From: Pecten maximus | Taxonomy: Eukaryota | Direction of reading: 5' to 3' | DNA: 64,000 nucleotides | Assembly: GCF_902652985.1 (NCBI RefSeq) | Contig: NC_047030.1 | Coordinates: forward strand, 6,200,001 to 6,264,000 | Part shown: positions 39,050 through 53,619 of the stretch, one piece after another | Numbering within the stretch: position 1 is the stretch's first letter | How the letters are laid out: the number at the start of each line of letters is the position of its first letter | The notes under the pieces: model-generated | Told to the model about the DNA's origin: nothing | Seen by the model: the letters and a program-made list of their open reading frames with translations, nothing else | The model's database searches: none | Made by a program: the position numbers and the translations under genes

Positions 39050-39660
39050 AGAGATGACAAGAGCCCAGGTTCGATGTCTTATATTTAATTGCGTAATCGT
39101 ATAGCTTTACAGTATTCTACTTAACTCACGCCCAGCTCTCAATGAAGATGGCGGTGAAGGTGTCGTTGCGTCCCAGGAGTTCCAAGTGCCAAGTGCCAAG
39201 TGCGAGGAGCAGAGATTCTGCTCCCGTATTTATGGACACAACTAGGAACCCGGTTATTACGCCGTCACAAACACCCGAAAAACAATGGTTGGCCCGATTG
39301 ACCCAACCACATCAAGATTCTGTCAAATTGAACCAATTTTAGCTTCAATCTACAGAATCCTGGCGCCAATTGTTTATGTTTCTGGCTGCAGAGCCAGGTG
39401 TCTTGGTGACACACGTCGGCAAATTCACTAGTGACTATTTACATGACATTTCAATTTACTACGTAGACAAATTAATATACAATATTGGTCACCAAATTCT
39501 AGGTTTGAAACAGTTATGTTTCGAGAACATTCTAGAAAGTTCTACACTATACATTCAAGTAATATCATATCCAAGGCCGCGTTACATAATGACCTAACAT
39601 CACGTGTAACATCACATGTATAACTAGTGCTAATGACCCTAAGGTCGAATACTATAAACA
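39050..39660 (-). mobile_element. Truncated LTR retrotransposon: 5' LTR 39371-39660, PBS and short internal stub (copy LTR 55039-55334)
   Basis: LTR termini TGTTTAT...ATAAACA are a 7-bp inverted repeat; the minus strand reads ...ACA-AT-TGGCGCCAGG (PBS-like). Confidence 0.65.
39520..39542. promoter_or_regulatory. Perfect five-unit heat-shock element (copy 55194-55216)
   Basis: TTCgaGAAcaTTCtaGAAagTTC. Confidence 0.7.
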
Positions 39661-40841
39661 TCTACTATTGAAAACATAATAATGGCAAAATTATTGTTTA
39701 CTCCAGTGATGCTGAAATCCAGGCAGAACTGGTTTGGAGCAGTCACAGCTAGTACCTATCTACAGTAAAATAACACATTTCAATAATTCATTTAAAGCGA
39801 CACTTTCAATATCAACTTTAAAGCTGCATAGTTACTTGTAACAATTATCATTGTTTACAATATCAATAATAACAATATATACTCTTATTGTATCTATCCC
39901 TTTTTCTTCAGGGTCAGTCAGTGACACCTTCAATAGTGTCACATTATCTTATTTGTCTAGATTTGTGCACCTTCATAATTGCCTGGAGGCGTGTAAAGTA
40001 TTAGATAAAAAGTATCATAGTAGATGAAGCCAGGTCTTCATACATTTTTTTAATGTTTTTTATATTTCCCTAGTTTTATTTTTTGTTTTAGTTAATGTAT
40101 CTATTGGTTTAGTTTGGAAGTGCTTAACGTCCTAGCAACATGTAAGGTTATATAAGGTATTATATCTTTAGTAGTACGATTACTAGTTTTGTTTTTCGAT
40201 CGACGTTTATATTTAAAAAAAAAAAAATTCTACATCAAACTTTATAGGAAAGGTCAGGTAGACGTAATGAAAAGATAATTTAAGCCTAATTAGTTCGTAC
40301 CTCGTGTCATTTTGACGACAACACGACAACCCCAGTTGTGCGAGTCGCACAAACGTAAAATGTAATTTTACCGCAGCAAATACAGTGTTAAAGCAGATGT
40401 GTCCTTGGTAACGACAAAAATAACTGAAATAATTGACATGATAAGGAATTCGTCCCAGTGCGTCTCAAGAAATAGTAATAATAACATTCAACTGTTAAAA
40501 TCGAATATAGATGTGTGTCGGGAATTTTGTTTTCCTGATCTAACTAAAATTGCAATGGGCACAACTAGGGACCAAGAGAAACCTAATTTAATGTTTTAGA
40601 AATGCCATTCCTGAAATTCTTAAGAAATAACCATAGCAAGTATTTTTTACGGACGGACAACGAACCATGGGTCATGAACCATTGACTTAAGGACGATTTT
40701 TGAAAAGCCCACTATCATCGGTGGGATAGGCTTGCTGGGTACTAGAGTATCCCTAGCAACATATTGTCCGACTAAAGACTGTCCAATCATTCTTTGTTAA
40801 TTAAATCTTTCAAAATCAAACCTTTATCTAGATTTTCAATT

Positions 40842-41981
40842 CAATGAAATAAGAATTTACCAACAATTAAAAGAAACGAGAGACTGGATAAGTGAGGTAA
40901 GGCAGGTAAAGAAAGATATTCCTAAAGAATGGAAGAACAAAATCAAGGGAGATAAACGGGTAAATGTACAAGCTGACTCTGATTTATAAGTCTTTGATAA
41001 AGGAGTGGGTGTAAAAATTGATCAGGTAAATAATTAGTTTCTTTACATAGCATTTATATAAAAAAAAAAGTCATACTGCAGAGGTATGTGGGAAGATTTG
41101 TTTAAGTTAGAAAGCAGTGGTTTGATTTTGCATGGATTATTTGTATTTATCAATAAAATGTTAATAGAGAATAACGAAAAAATGTCCAAATGAAAGCTAT
41201 TCCATAATATTCTTCCAAATGGAATCTTACTTAAAAGATGAAATATTATTGATAATGATGAATGTTGTACATTGTATATGTAAAGTTAAGGATGATTATA
41301 AGCACTATTTTATTGAATGTAAATGTGTAGACCCATTGTGGAATTTTTACAAAAGCATAATTACAATGTTCAGCAAAAAATATGTATTACGTCGTGATAG
41401 GATATAAGATTGTTGATAGGAAGTACAAAGAATTTAACATTCTTATGTCCCTGATTGGTTATAAAATATGCAAACACTACCACATCTCTAATAGAAGGGT
41501 AGACAGTTGTTCAATTGTGTCATTTTTCAATATATTCCTTGAGAGAAAATTACTCCTACAACGATAAAGAGATACACAATTATTGAAAAGCATAGCAATG
41601 TATTTAAACGAGTAACATGTAAAAAACCGAATAAAAACTATTAAAAGAATCAAAAGAAAATGTGCAATGGTAATAAAGATGGCTCTATGAGCTTATTAGC
41701 TCTTAAAATGTACTAAAACGTAAAGTTATGATCTATGTGTAAAGATGGGTAAGTTAAAGTATTATGTTTAAATGAAAAGGGCGTATAGGTACTATATACG
41801 CTGCGTGAGTATTGGTTGTGATGATGGTGATGGTGTTTTTACTGTGAGAAAGATAGTGCATGTATTCCCTATTTTTTGTGTGGACTGTTTATAAATAAAC
41901 ACGTGTATATGCAAGCATGCTACCGTTAGTATAGAGTTTCTGTTTCTTTTTAAGGGTACGTCTGTGCAAGGGTGTGTGTTT

Positions 41982-42034
<53 letters not shown>

Positions 42035-42294
42035 GATGAGGGGGTGGTTATTACTTTCTAGGATGAAATTACGAACATCCCGTTTGTATGATGTGTATAA
42101 TGTATATGTAGTGTGTTGTCATAGTGTACACAGGTAGGATTTAAGAATACTTTACTTTGTGAACGAGAAGAAATGTAAAAGTGTCTTAATAGTATAGTAA
42201 TGAAATAGAATGAGAAGAATAAATTAACGTTGTGACTATATCCATATTATATTTAGATATATCTAGGAGCCTATATCTGAGCATAAAAAAAAAA
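40842..42294 (+). mobile_element. 5'-truncated L1/Tx1-like LINE (ORF2 C-terminus, zf-RVT relic)
   Basis: WISEVRQVKKDIPKEWK; KLFHNILPNG; CICKVKDDYKHYFIECKCVDPLW; poly-A end; TSD GATTTTCAATT at 40831-40841 and 42295-42305; empty site at ~26050 in unit A. Confidence 0.8.
41985..42031. repeat. (GA)n microsatellite (also ~60606-60647)
   Basis: Directly visible. Confidence 0.95.
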
Positions 42295-45236
42295 GATTTT
42301 CAATTACTATTTTGGTACAATCAAGTCGAGCCTGCAGTTTTATTGGGATACTGCTTAATCTTTAAAAGATCTGCAGATTCATCTTAAACATCCGCTCAAA
42401 AAAAAAAATTCTTTACACTACTTTTCTTCATTCAGAACTTAAGAAGCGATTTTTTTGCTCTTGTAATGAGATTTTTCTTTTCCAAGAAAGGGGAACGGCT
42501 GTATCAGTATATATTTCTGACCTATCCTGAATCATATTTCACAAAACATATAAATAGAGTTTATAGAAACCATACCGAATAAGTGAAGAAGAGTTTATGT
42601 TATGTTCCCTGGCAAAAGAGACACTCCAAAGTCTTTAAAATAGTTTGCTATTCCTGGTTCGCCCGATGTCTCTATAATGTCACTAAATTAAAGTATACAT
42701 CAATAAGGTAGCACTATGAAGGCGGCATAAGGTCCGCGCTATTACAAGGAAGAAACCGCGAAGGTACAGCAGCTCCGAAAATGTACACACATGCATGTAG
42801 CGAAGAAGACGAGCCGGTTTAATATTGACCACAACAATCTATAGGATGTTTAACAACACCAGAAAACTAACTACGGGAAAATAAAAACGGGTCGAACCAA
42901 TTGTTAAAATGCAGAAAGAGAAGTTATTTAATGATTTATGTATTCCGATTTATGTCTGTTTTGAAATGTATTCACAATTCATAATGATTTAAACGTGGCA
43001 AACAGATGTGATTTTATATCTACGTGGTTATGCTGTGTTCAAAGCGTGCTGCGCTGTAATCTCAAGGCTTAGTTTTGAATTAGGTGTTCTTTAATTCGAT
43101 TTGTTGCTTTGAATTCGTTTTGAAAACAAGTTCAATGGCGTATCAACAGATGTAGTTGATCAATAGATAATAATAAACAAGTATATTTACCGGACCCGGC
43201 CATGTTGTGGCCAAACCGGACACATCGCCCAGCCAGCAGAAATCACGGGGAGCAGTGGACAGGTGCACGCTGACAAATCTATATTTCAGTAAAAGGTAAC
43301 ATTTCTACATATTGTCATCATGGGTTTCCTGTTCCGTGTATACGTATCAGTATTTCTGTAATAATAGTTGTAATTGTATTAATGCTAATTCTTTGTCTCG
43401 GATTGTAATCTACTTTTTTTCAATTGTTCTTCCTGCAAGATTTCGGCTGCACATTTTATTTACATAAACTTGTGAATTACGGATAGAATCAGATTTGAAA
43501 AAAACAAATACTATTTTGTCGCGTGCTATTTTCGCTTTAACCGTACATACTGGATTCTGCTTTTTTATTCCAATTCCTTGTTTCTTATTTTCATTGTTTG
43601 GATATTTTCTGATACATCAGTGAGATGTCACGGACCTGAAGCCTCAAACAATATGTTATAAATAGAGTCATATAGGTCCTTCTATTAAAAGTATTGAGCG
43701 ATATCACAATTGTCTCCATATAAACCAACATTGTGTATTCTTTTCATTATCCGCGGTGACCTCGTTTTGTTTAGCGTCAGGCACTTGCAAATTTAGTTCT
43801 GATGTAGTCGATCAACAACAAGTGTTAAAAAGCTTCACATATTCATTCTGGTGACAATTAGTTATATGCGATGGAGGTGGGAATGTACTAGTATTTTGTT
43901 TTCCACCGAAAGATGCGCAATATCGTTGTTGTATAACAGGAATACACTCTGACACTTTGGCGCCTAACTAAAATCTCACGGTGCTGATATTGAGAGTCTC
44001 GGGTTGAGACTTGGGTAAATGACAATTAAATCTCGGTGTGGCTTTTACTTCAGCTGACGGAACCTGTTTATTTGGCACAGTAGGCAGAGCCGTAGATTAT
44101 TGGGCCAGGGACTCGGTTGTAATTCCTTTCGGGGCTGTCGGCAGGAATGTGATTTCTGTGTTTTTTCACACTCATTTTAAACCTCTCTAATTCACCAGTG
44201 GGGTTATTAAAACTTGCCTTTATCATATCGAAATTTCCCGTTGATTAGCCACCGGCTATCTGCAATTTTTACAGTCAGTTCACCTGATATGGTCACTTTT
44301 AGCAAGTTCTATGAGCTTGAGAAGACAAAAATCAGCTTTATGATAATTATTTAATAGCAGCACATCAAGACGTTCGCTAATAAATACAAGTGATGTAAAT
44401 ACAATTTTATATCATAATATGTCGTCCAATATATAAACATTTGCGGTCTTCAACGAAAATAAAGACGAATTCATTAGTAGTCGAGGTACCAGGCAACATC
44501 TTGTGATACCGCGTGCGTAAGAAAGCGTGTATTTTCATGTGATACTGCAAAACGAAAAGCATTAAACTATGTTGAATGTGTCAATTGGATATTCTTTGTA
44601 CAAAAATAGGGTTCTCACATTTCGGATGATTTGAAATGGAAACTTAATCGAGACAGACAATTGTATGAACAAATGTCCCATCAAATAACTGATTTTGAGA
44701 ATTGTAAATTCGTAAACATAGTAAACAAACGATTCCAGTATATGTTATTACGAAATCATTGCTACCGTATTTTTCAGCGTATTAACCTCTCCAAGGGAAA
44801 GTCAGCAGGAAGCAAAATATAACACGGTGTAAAATAGTTCCTGATCACCAGCATAGTAGATTATCTACGGATATAATGCTGCATATACTTTACAAAAGTA
44901 AGATAGTTTGGCAATCATTGCTGATGTCCAAAGTTATTTACATCGATAGATCTAGATAACAAAACCACTTGTGTAGTTGTAGTGTGTCAATTATCTTCTT
45001 ATGAATTAAAATGTGTTATACTGTTATATTAGCAGTCGTGATTGCACTAGGAGTATACGTCAGCATATGCAAGGAAAAGAAAGCACATTTAGCTCGCTTC
45101 AACAGATATCTTACAAAAGAAGTGGTCTTCTGAGGCATTACGTTAAGGTTATTACAATAAGAACATACATCCCATAACAATCCAGGCTTACTTTTTTCTT
45201 AACGGTTTGTAATTTACCTCTTTTCAGATTACGGAC

Positions 45237-46916
45237 ATGGCTATTCCATCGGACCTCAGTTATCTCCACACTCCAGCAAATAAACCCTACAACTATACCA
45301 CAGTTGCCCAGGCAGCACGAAAAAATGCTCAATTACGTCCAAATCAAGAAATCTTAGTCCTTAGAGAATTGGACGGGTCACGATCAAGTTTGACCAATGC
45401 CAGTCTGTACCAACAGGCAGGACACCTGGCTAGATACCTGGTGAAACAAGGAATTAAGAAAGGCGAAACTGTGGCCTTGTTAGGCCCGAATACACTAGAG
45501 ATGGCAATTGCGACCTTAGGAATAATAAAAGCTGGAGCTGTTGTCTTCACTATCGTTCTCAACATGAAAAAAGAAGATGTAATGGCACAACTTCAAATTG
45601 TCAATGCCAAACTCATCTTGGTCGATTGTGGTAAAAATGACAGTTTTCTTCATTCTTTTAAGTCTATACTGGATAACTGCGGAGCTCTCACAGCAGATCC
45701 ATCTACTGAGCATGATATTAAAGTACTTTTTCTTAGAGAAACAGATTTATACAATTTGCCAGTTTTAAATCAAAATATGCTATCACAAAATATAGCAGAA
45801 GCGGAACTCCCACATATCTATCCAGAAGACAATGTGATAATATTATCAACATCAGGAAGTACCGGCATACCAAAGATGGTTTGTCATTCCAACTTTGACC
45901 GTGCAAACATCGCGAAATGTTCATCAGAGAACTACCAGCGTATTATTTTCAATGACAGGTTATTCTTCTGGGCGTTAGGATCCATTGTAAATAATATCAT
46001 GCGAAGCAAAACTAGGGTATTTTTGGAAACAAGTGTGACATTGAACAGTCCAAATATAGATTTTACCTGGCGTATTTTGAAAGAAGAGAGATGTTCGGAC
46101 GCTTTGCTTCCGGCTCCAGAAATCCGCAAATTACTTGAATTATCAAAGTCTGTTACAATGGACGGAATTAGGCTGAAACATATATTTACTGGCGGCCAGA
46201 TCATTGGTAAGTACTGTACTGGAGCATTAGGGCAACTCTGTCAGAAATTTGTGGTTTTATATGGCGCAACTGAGTGTCAAGGCATCTGTTTGAAAACCAT
46301 AAGTGATTGCCACGAACTTCTTCAGGCTGGAGATGTTGGTGAACCCGTCGCGGGGGTTGAAATCAGGGTCGTTGACAACCAAGATAATCCAATCAAAAGG
46401 GGTTTAACTGGTAAAATCCAGGTACGCTCACCGTTGGCAATGACGGGATATGTTTCCAACCCAGAGAAAACAAAAGAGGTTTTTACAGAAGAGCAATGGT
46501 ATAGAACAGGCGATATCGGTAAGGTCTCATTAGATGGCAATCTCATTATTCAGGGAAGAGAGGCTGAGATTATAGACAGAGATGCAAAGAGGATATATCC
46601 TAGCATGTTGGAGGCCGTTCTTAAAGACATGGAAGCAATCAAAGAAGTATGCGTGGTACCTGTTCCGGATAAAAAGCTGTATGAAGAGGTTTGCGTGTGC
46701 TTTGTACCTTTCGGGAAACTCACCCCGGAGGATGTTAAACAGTTTTTCAAGGAAAATTATTTCAAGGCGAAAACTTTCGGCGGGTTGAACGAAATTCCGC
46801 CTTATTTCTTAAAGTTTGAAACATTTCCGAAATTAGGATCTGGCAAACTTGACAAAAAAGCGATACGTCAACAAGCCACTTCAACATTAGAATTGACAAT
46901 GGAATATGACAATTAA
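45237..46916 (+). CDS. Acyl-CoA synthetase / AMP-binding (ANL) enzyme, intact paralog
   Basis: 559-aa ORF with the same core motifs; acceptor 9 nt upstream of the ATG. Confidence 0.92.
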   Translation: MAIPSDLSYLHTPANKPYNYTTVAQAARKNAQLRPNQEILVLRELDGSRSSLTNASLYQQAGHLARYLVKQGIKKGETVALLGPNTLEMAIATLGIIKAGAVVFTIVLNMKKEDVMAQLQIVNAKLILVDCGKNDSFLHSFKSILDNCGALTADPSTEHDIKVLFLRETDLYNLPVLNQNMLSQNIAEAELPHIYPEDNVIILSTSGSTGIPKMVCHSNFDRANIAKCSSENYQRIIFNDRLFFWALGSIVNNIMRSKTRVFLETSVTLNSPNIDFTWRILKEERCSDALLPAPEIRKLLELSKSVTMDGIRLKHIFTGGQIIGKYCTGALGQLCQKFVVLYGATECQGICLKTISDCHELLQAGDVGEPVAGVEIRVVDNQDNPIKRGLTGKIQVRSPLAMTGYVSNPEKTKEVFTEEQWYRTGDIGKVSLDGNLIIQGREAEIIDRDAKRIYPSMLEAVLKDMEAIKEVCVVPVPDKKLYEEVCVCFVPFGKLTPEDVKQFFKENYFKAKTFGGLNEIPPYFLKFETFPKLGSGKLDKKAIRQQATSTLELTMEYDN

Positions 46917-48225
46917 ACGATGAGAATAACAACATCGAAAATAAGTGCATGAAATAAAGTATATCAACGTGTAAAAATGGACGTTTTAGTTGACTGGGAA
47001 AACAGGTAAAAAAAACTCCATTTATAGTTAATGTCAACGTTTTCAGTGTTTATAATGTTTTACGTAAACCTGCTTGTATTTGTTGAATGTCGACTTTTGC
47101 AACCAACTAAACGATACTCAAATCAATTAATTATCACAAAAACAAATTCCCAGTATATTCATAAAGCACATGGGATATCTGTTATTTGACAATTTCCGTG
47201 TACCGAGAGGTTGAAATTAAAACCAGAGGACCCTCAAGGATATAATCTGGCATGGTTTGAAAGATAAAATCAATAACAAAAAGTCTAAATGAGAACTTTT
47301 CGTTATAAAATGAGGAGATTTTTGTGTGCATTGTAATTTTCGTGTAACTCACTCCAGACAGAATACCGACAGCTGGCTAAGCGAATCATCACTCTGAATT
47401 AAACTATGTAGTAATGTAAGCTGTTCTGACATCATGTCTGGCATATGATATTTCTAATAACCCAAAGCAGATGAGATAGCGATGGAAATGAACAAGTTAG
47501 AAGCTCGCATTGAGACACTTATTTAGGAGGATAGTTTTGGGGCCTGTGTACCAACCACACGTGCTACTTTCTCTTTTGATCGATACCATGACCATTTCGG
47601 TTTGGTAAGTTATGATGGATACGAATCGAAACCGTGGCATATACGAGGGCTGATTGATATATAGTCAGAGAATAATAGGATTTTAAAATGATATCCTTGA
47701 GTACCTCATTTAATACGAGGCTCACAACTTAGCAATCAGCCATCGTAGCTGAGATTTTTACTCCCTAGGATAAGCAGAATGCATGGGTAGTTGATTTGGG
47801 GAAGAGGTGTTGAGCTAAGTAATATTAATTGCGCTTTCCCCAGTTGTTCCCGGTTAGAGAGGCCAGCGAGTTTAGTGGTCCAATATTTTTCATGAAAAGC
47901 TGTAGATACATGTAGTTGGATGTAAAGTAATCAATACCGAAGAATTATTTATGGATGTATAAGGAATTACTTTTATTCAATATGCACATATTATTCATAC
48001 ATCTACTGTTGTTATTTTTTGAACTTTTGTGACATGATATAAAGCTGTTTATCTAAGCGATGAGATAGTAAAAATACCGTAAACGTATGTACAAGTTATT
48101 GTACGAAAATATGTTTAGATACAACAGAGAAATAATGCGACAGTGTCAATGCAGGCAATCGTAGGATTTGTGTAAGAAGTAACTACACGATATGTTTGTC
48201 TAAAATGTGAGATATCAAATAAACA

Positions 48226-49204
48226 TTAGTTACATTCTCTGATACTAGTAGTATTTGTCTTGGCCTGCTGATTACAGTGCGTTAAAACTGATGAGTCTGG
48301 AAACTTCTCTTTAAAACTACATAAATATTTAGAGACAAGAGTTTGACGAATTTTCAACTGTAGCAGAAGTTTTATTTGTAATATCCCAAAATGTGCTTCA
48401 TCTATCTCCATTCTACTCGACAAATGTCAGAATTAGAAAATGCTATTAAAACCGTCTGTAACGGTATAATGGGTGCAACGTATTATATGATTCAAATAAC
48501 ATTTCATATTGTTACCTTCTGTCCCTAGGTTCATGATATTAAATATTTTCTACTGTTTCCCGGGAAATTTGATAGAAAATGGTAACATGACAGTCAGTAG
48601 ACAAAATGCTGACCGGCCTGGGACATCCGAAGGCGCTCAAGCATTGAAATTGATATTATCAAGGGTCTTTCTTATCACAATTACCGTGGTAACAGGAATG
48701 TCTGCTTCCAGCAGATTTCATGATATATCAGACGAGGATCTTTTAAATGGCTAATATTTGATTAATTGTTTGATATATTCAGATTACAGAACGGTTGTAT
48801 CATGCCTTTAATATCAATCAACAACATAAATCCCACCAGGTGTCGTGGCCAGACCGATGTTTCCGAGACTGACTGATAAGGAATAAACAAATGTATATTA
48901 TTTCGTGCTACAATAAATTTCTTCATTATCTCCAACATTATTTGTGTTATACCTTCATTTCTCAGACTATTCATGAATTAGGTTGAGAAATATCTTGATA
49001 TCATTGTCATAATAGACGTCATCTGTAGGTGAGATGATGGTATGTCTATGTGAGCTTCCAATAGGGAAAGTCTCAAAAATTTACCTTGATATCAACAATT
49101 GATATTCTTTTGAGTAAGAAATGCTTGACTTTTTTTAAGAGACCAGCTGATTTTCAAGGGGATTTATGTTGACAGTATTCGACGTCCCAAGTTGAAACCG
49201 CCAT
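48226..49204 (-). pseudogene. Second copy of the CD-NTase-like relic
   Basis: Near-identical to 32580-33558. Confidence 0.6.
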
Positions 49205-51093
49205 TCCTGAAAATAGCATCAGTAATTCAAAAGTATATTGTTGTATTACACAAAACATTTCTGTTTTTTGAATATATACTTGCACCTAGACTAGAATTCG
49301 CAGACCTTAATTCATATAGTTGCCATGTCATCATAGCCTCTTGATTTATATCGTCAATAATTTTAAAGGTCGAAGAAATAAAGAAGGATGGACAACGAAC
49401 TCAAAACAGTTCAAAACAAATGTAGCTGAGTAACAAGTGCCAGCGAACTCAAAACAGTTCAAATGAAATGTTATGTAGCTGAGTAACAAGTGCATTTATT
49501 TCGAGATTTTTCTTTTATCGGATTGTTTTTAAAAATATGATCATGTCTGTGAATTTGGCCATTGTCACTATTAGTTTGAATTTAAAATGATGATAAGGAA
49601 TGTCAACAGCTGCAGTCGATCGATAATGTAAATCAACAGGTAGATAAATTCACCGAACCAGCTACCTTGTGACCAAACCGGACACACCGCCCAGTCAGCA
49701 CATCAACCCAAAGTCACAGTAGAAAGGTGGAATTTGGCTGATCGATATTTCTGAAAAAGATAGGATTTCTTTATATTCACTGTATTTTGAGAGTGTTTCC
49801 TGTTCCGTAGTTCTCGTCCATAACAGCGGTCAGAACAAGTCCTTAATATGCATTCCAGGGACGCCAATTCTTCCGATTTCTCATTTCTTATCAATTCCTC
49901 TATTTTGACACACTAAATCTGAGTTAGATTCCATCACCTGATACTCATGTTTGTCAAGTTTTCTCATTTATTGTTTGATGGTTTTTAACACCTGGGTGTG
50001 TTTGATTCTGTTTACCTAATCGTAATCTCCCGCTGATGAGCCGCCGGCTATCTGCGGTTTTTATGGTTTTTATTGTATTTGACCACTATCAAAAGACTTT
50101 GAACTTGAGACGACATAATATCAGTTTAACATAGGTATATGCGGTCATTTTTGGATGATTTTGGTTTTCATGAATTGCATTATCGGTTATACATGAATAT
50201 TTACACTTTTATGACAACCCAATAGATAATAAACTTACTAGACAGGTTTGCAGTCTATGATAGCATAAGTAACACACAAATCATGACAACATTCCATGCG
50301 AATGATTACGTTTTATTAACACACAACACAGCCTTAGGATGTTTAATTTATAGAAAGTTCGAGAAGCGACGCAGTAATGCATATACTCAAACACAAAAAT
50401 AAATTTTCTTTCTGGTCGAACAATGATACCATATCACAGAGATACTCACTATTGTATGGCTTCGTAAATACTCTTGAGTGCAAGAGTGGAACATACAACT
50501 CAAGGAAATACAAAGTTTACGATGGTGACATATCCCTGTCTTCCTTAGCTAGCAACGTCATACCAGATTGGATATCCATGAACAATCAGACCACGTCCAC
50601 GCCTTTCTTTGAAAAATTCAAGCAACTTTAATTCCAAAATCGACGCGGCCAATATCATAACGTTGTTCATTAAAAGATGAGGTAATAAATAAAATGATTT
50701 TATTGAGAATAAGTAATGATTATTATTGCCATGCACTATTTTGTTTATCAAACTGCACCGGCCTGCAGGAAGTTGCATTTGTTAAACAGAAATGTTGGAG
50801 CTGTCGGTAAGGCGGGGATTTTTTTTAAAAATATTTTCAATTTTAGTGACAGAACGAGCACACAATATGAAGTTTGTCTCCAAAGCTCTAGCATTTAAGT
50901 CTACCAAAGATACCATATCAAGTTAAATTACACATTTTTAGTTTGATAGGCATACAGATTCAATCAAATAACTTAATTTGATTACTTTAAGTCTATAAGT
51001 CATACCTGATCAAACCAAAATTGCGCGATATTTAACTACGAACTCAATGTTGATTGCAGTCAAAATTGTCTATAAGTTTTACGAATTACTGAC

Positions 51094-52540
51094 ATGACAG
51101 AATATTTACATGACCTAAGTTATCTGCACATTCCAGCAGACAAACCCTACAACTATACCACAGTTGCCCAGGCAGCACGTGAAAATGCTCAATTACGTCC
51201 AAATCAAAAAAAAAATCTTTAGAGAATTGGACGGGTCACGTTAAAGTTTGACCATTGCCAGTCTGTACAAACAGGCAGAACAGCAGGCTAGATACCTGGT
51301 GAAACAAGGAATTAAGAAATGCGAAACTGTGGCCTTGTTAGGCCCGAATACACTAGAGATGGCAATTGCGACCTTAGGAATAATAAAGCTGGAGCTGTTG
51401 TCTTCACTATCGTGCCCAACCTGAAAAAAGAAGATGTAATTCAAATTGTCAATGCAAAATTCATCTTGTATGATTGTGGTAAAAATAGCAGTTTCCTAAC
51501 TCCTTTTAAGGATATACTGGATCGCTGCGGAGCGCTAACAGCAGATCCATCTACTGAGCATAATATTAAAATACTTTCTCTGAGAGAAACAGGTTTATAC
51601 AATGTGCCAGTTATAAATCAAAATATGCTCTCACAAAATATAGCAGAAGCTGAACTCCCACATATCTATCCAGAAGACAATGTGATAATATTCTCAACAT
51701 CAGGAAGTACCGGCATACCAAAGATGGTTTGTCATTCCAACTTTGACTGTGCAAACATCGAGCAACGTTTAACAGAGAACTACCAGCGTATTGTTTACAA
51801 TGACAGATTATTCTTCTGGGGATTAGGATCCATTGTTAATACCGTCATGCGAAGTGAAACTTGGGTATTTCCGGAAACAAACGTGACATTGATTTGTCCA
51901 AATATAGATTTTACTTGGCGCATTTTAAAAGAAGAGACATGTTCGGACGCTTTGCTTACGTCTTCAGAAATCCGCAAATTACTTGAAATGCCCAAGTCTG
52001 TTGCAGAGGACAGATTCAGGCTGAAATATATACATACTAGTGGTGAGATCATTGACAACTACTGCATTCGAGCAGTGGGACAACTCTGTCAGGAAATGGT
52101 GATTTTATATGGCGCAACGGAGTGTCAAGACATCAGTTTGAAAATCATCAGTAATTTCAGCGAACGTCTTCAGACGGGAAATATTGGTGAACGCGTAGCG
52201 TGGGCTGAAATCAGGGTCGTGGACAGCCAAGATAATCCCATCAAAAGGGGTTTAACAGGTAAAATCCAGGTACGCTCACCGTTGGCAATGACGGGATATC
52301 TTTCCAACCCAGATTTATCGAAGGAAGTTTTCACAGAAGAATATTGGTGTAGAACAGGCGATATCGGAAAAGTATCTCATTATACAGGGAAGAGAGATTG
52401 AGGTCGTAACCAGAGGTTCAAAAAGAATATATCCTAGCAAGGCGAAACCTCTCGGCGGGTTGAACGAAATCCCGCCTTATTTCTTAAAGTCTGAAACGTT
52501 CCCGAAATTAGGCACGTCAGCAAGCCACTACAAGATTATT
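51094..52540 (+). pseudogene. Acyl-CoA synthetase pseudogene, second copy
   Basis: Same stop and deletions as 35446, plus a private frameshift near 51380. Confidence 0.9.
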
Positions 52541-52689
52541 ATTGACATAACCTTGAAAACGTTACTATGTATATGTACCTGATGAAAATTGTCTGAACAT
52601 GTTTGTGTGTGTGTGTTTTGTTTTATTTTGTTGATGTTTTTGTTTTGTTTTTGTTTTTGTTGTTTTTTGTTGTTGTTGTTGTTTTTTAC

Positions 52690-53619
52690 AACTAACTCTA
52701 GATAGAATATCGCCTGCTAGCTAAGCAAATCGTCATCCTGAATTCTATCAAACGAAAAATGTCTGCATTACTATCGATCTAAGTTTATGAAGTATATCAT
52801 TCTTAAATGGAAAGTCGTGTTTTCATTTTTAGAATTATAATTCAATCGGAGATAAGATCCTGTTCGCCTTCATCTGGCAATAAGACAGACGAATAGTAGA
52901 AAAAAAGAAGAACAAAAGATCAATAATTCAATAGATTTCATAATGTTCAATATTGGTTTACAAAAAATAATAATAAAGCGATTATTTTGAATGTAGCATG
53001 CTAATTTGTCGTGTTTGCCATCGTAGGATATGGATATTGAAATTGGTAACATGACAGACCCATAATCCGCACTAGGTAGACCTTTGTATATGTTAGCTGT
53101 AAAATTGCTAGTTTGTAAAATATTCATTGTTCTACAAATAACTTCTTGATCAAAGTTGTGGACAGCTGTGGGCGATAAACATATGGTGTTTATGATCATA
53201 AATAATCATTGTTCTGTATATTGATACCATCCCCACAAAACAAAACATCAATAAATTTGTAGAAGTTCGTAACACATTAACAATAAAGGATGACATTAAT
53301 TTGATTACGTTTCTTGTCAAAGTAGTTTTAAAATAGCACTCTTCCAGATACGATATCACTAATTCTGTCAACTATGATATTAGCAGTATAATATATAACC
53401 TCAAATAATGTTCAAAGAAAGAAAAATCTATAAACAATGATATTTTTAATGACTTAAAATTACCATAGTTGTAGGTAACCCTTATGAGAACTGAGATCAA
53501 AAGTTATTGATATTAGTAATATAATTAATCAATAACCAAAGATATGGGTAGCTGTTCATTATTTCCGTGAAATAGCCTAGCGTTAGTACTAAAAGTGTTG
53601 CTGGAGCTTCCGCCATCAT
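52690..53619 (-). pseudogene. Second copy of possible TM/TIR relic
   Basis: Near-identical to 37045-37974. Confidence 0.35.
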
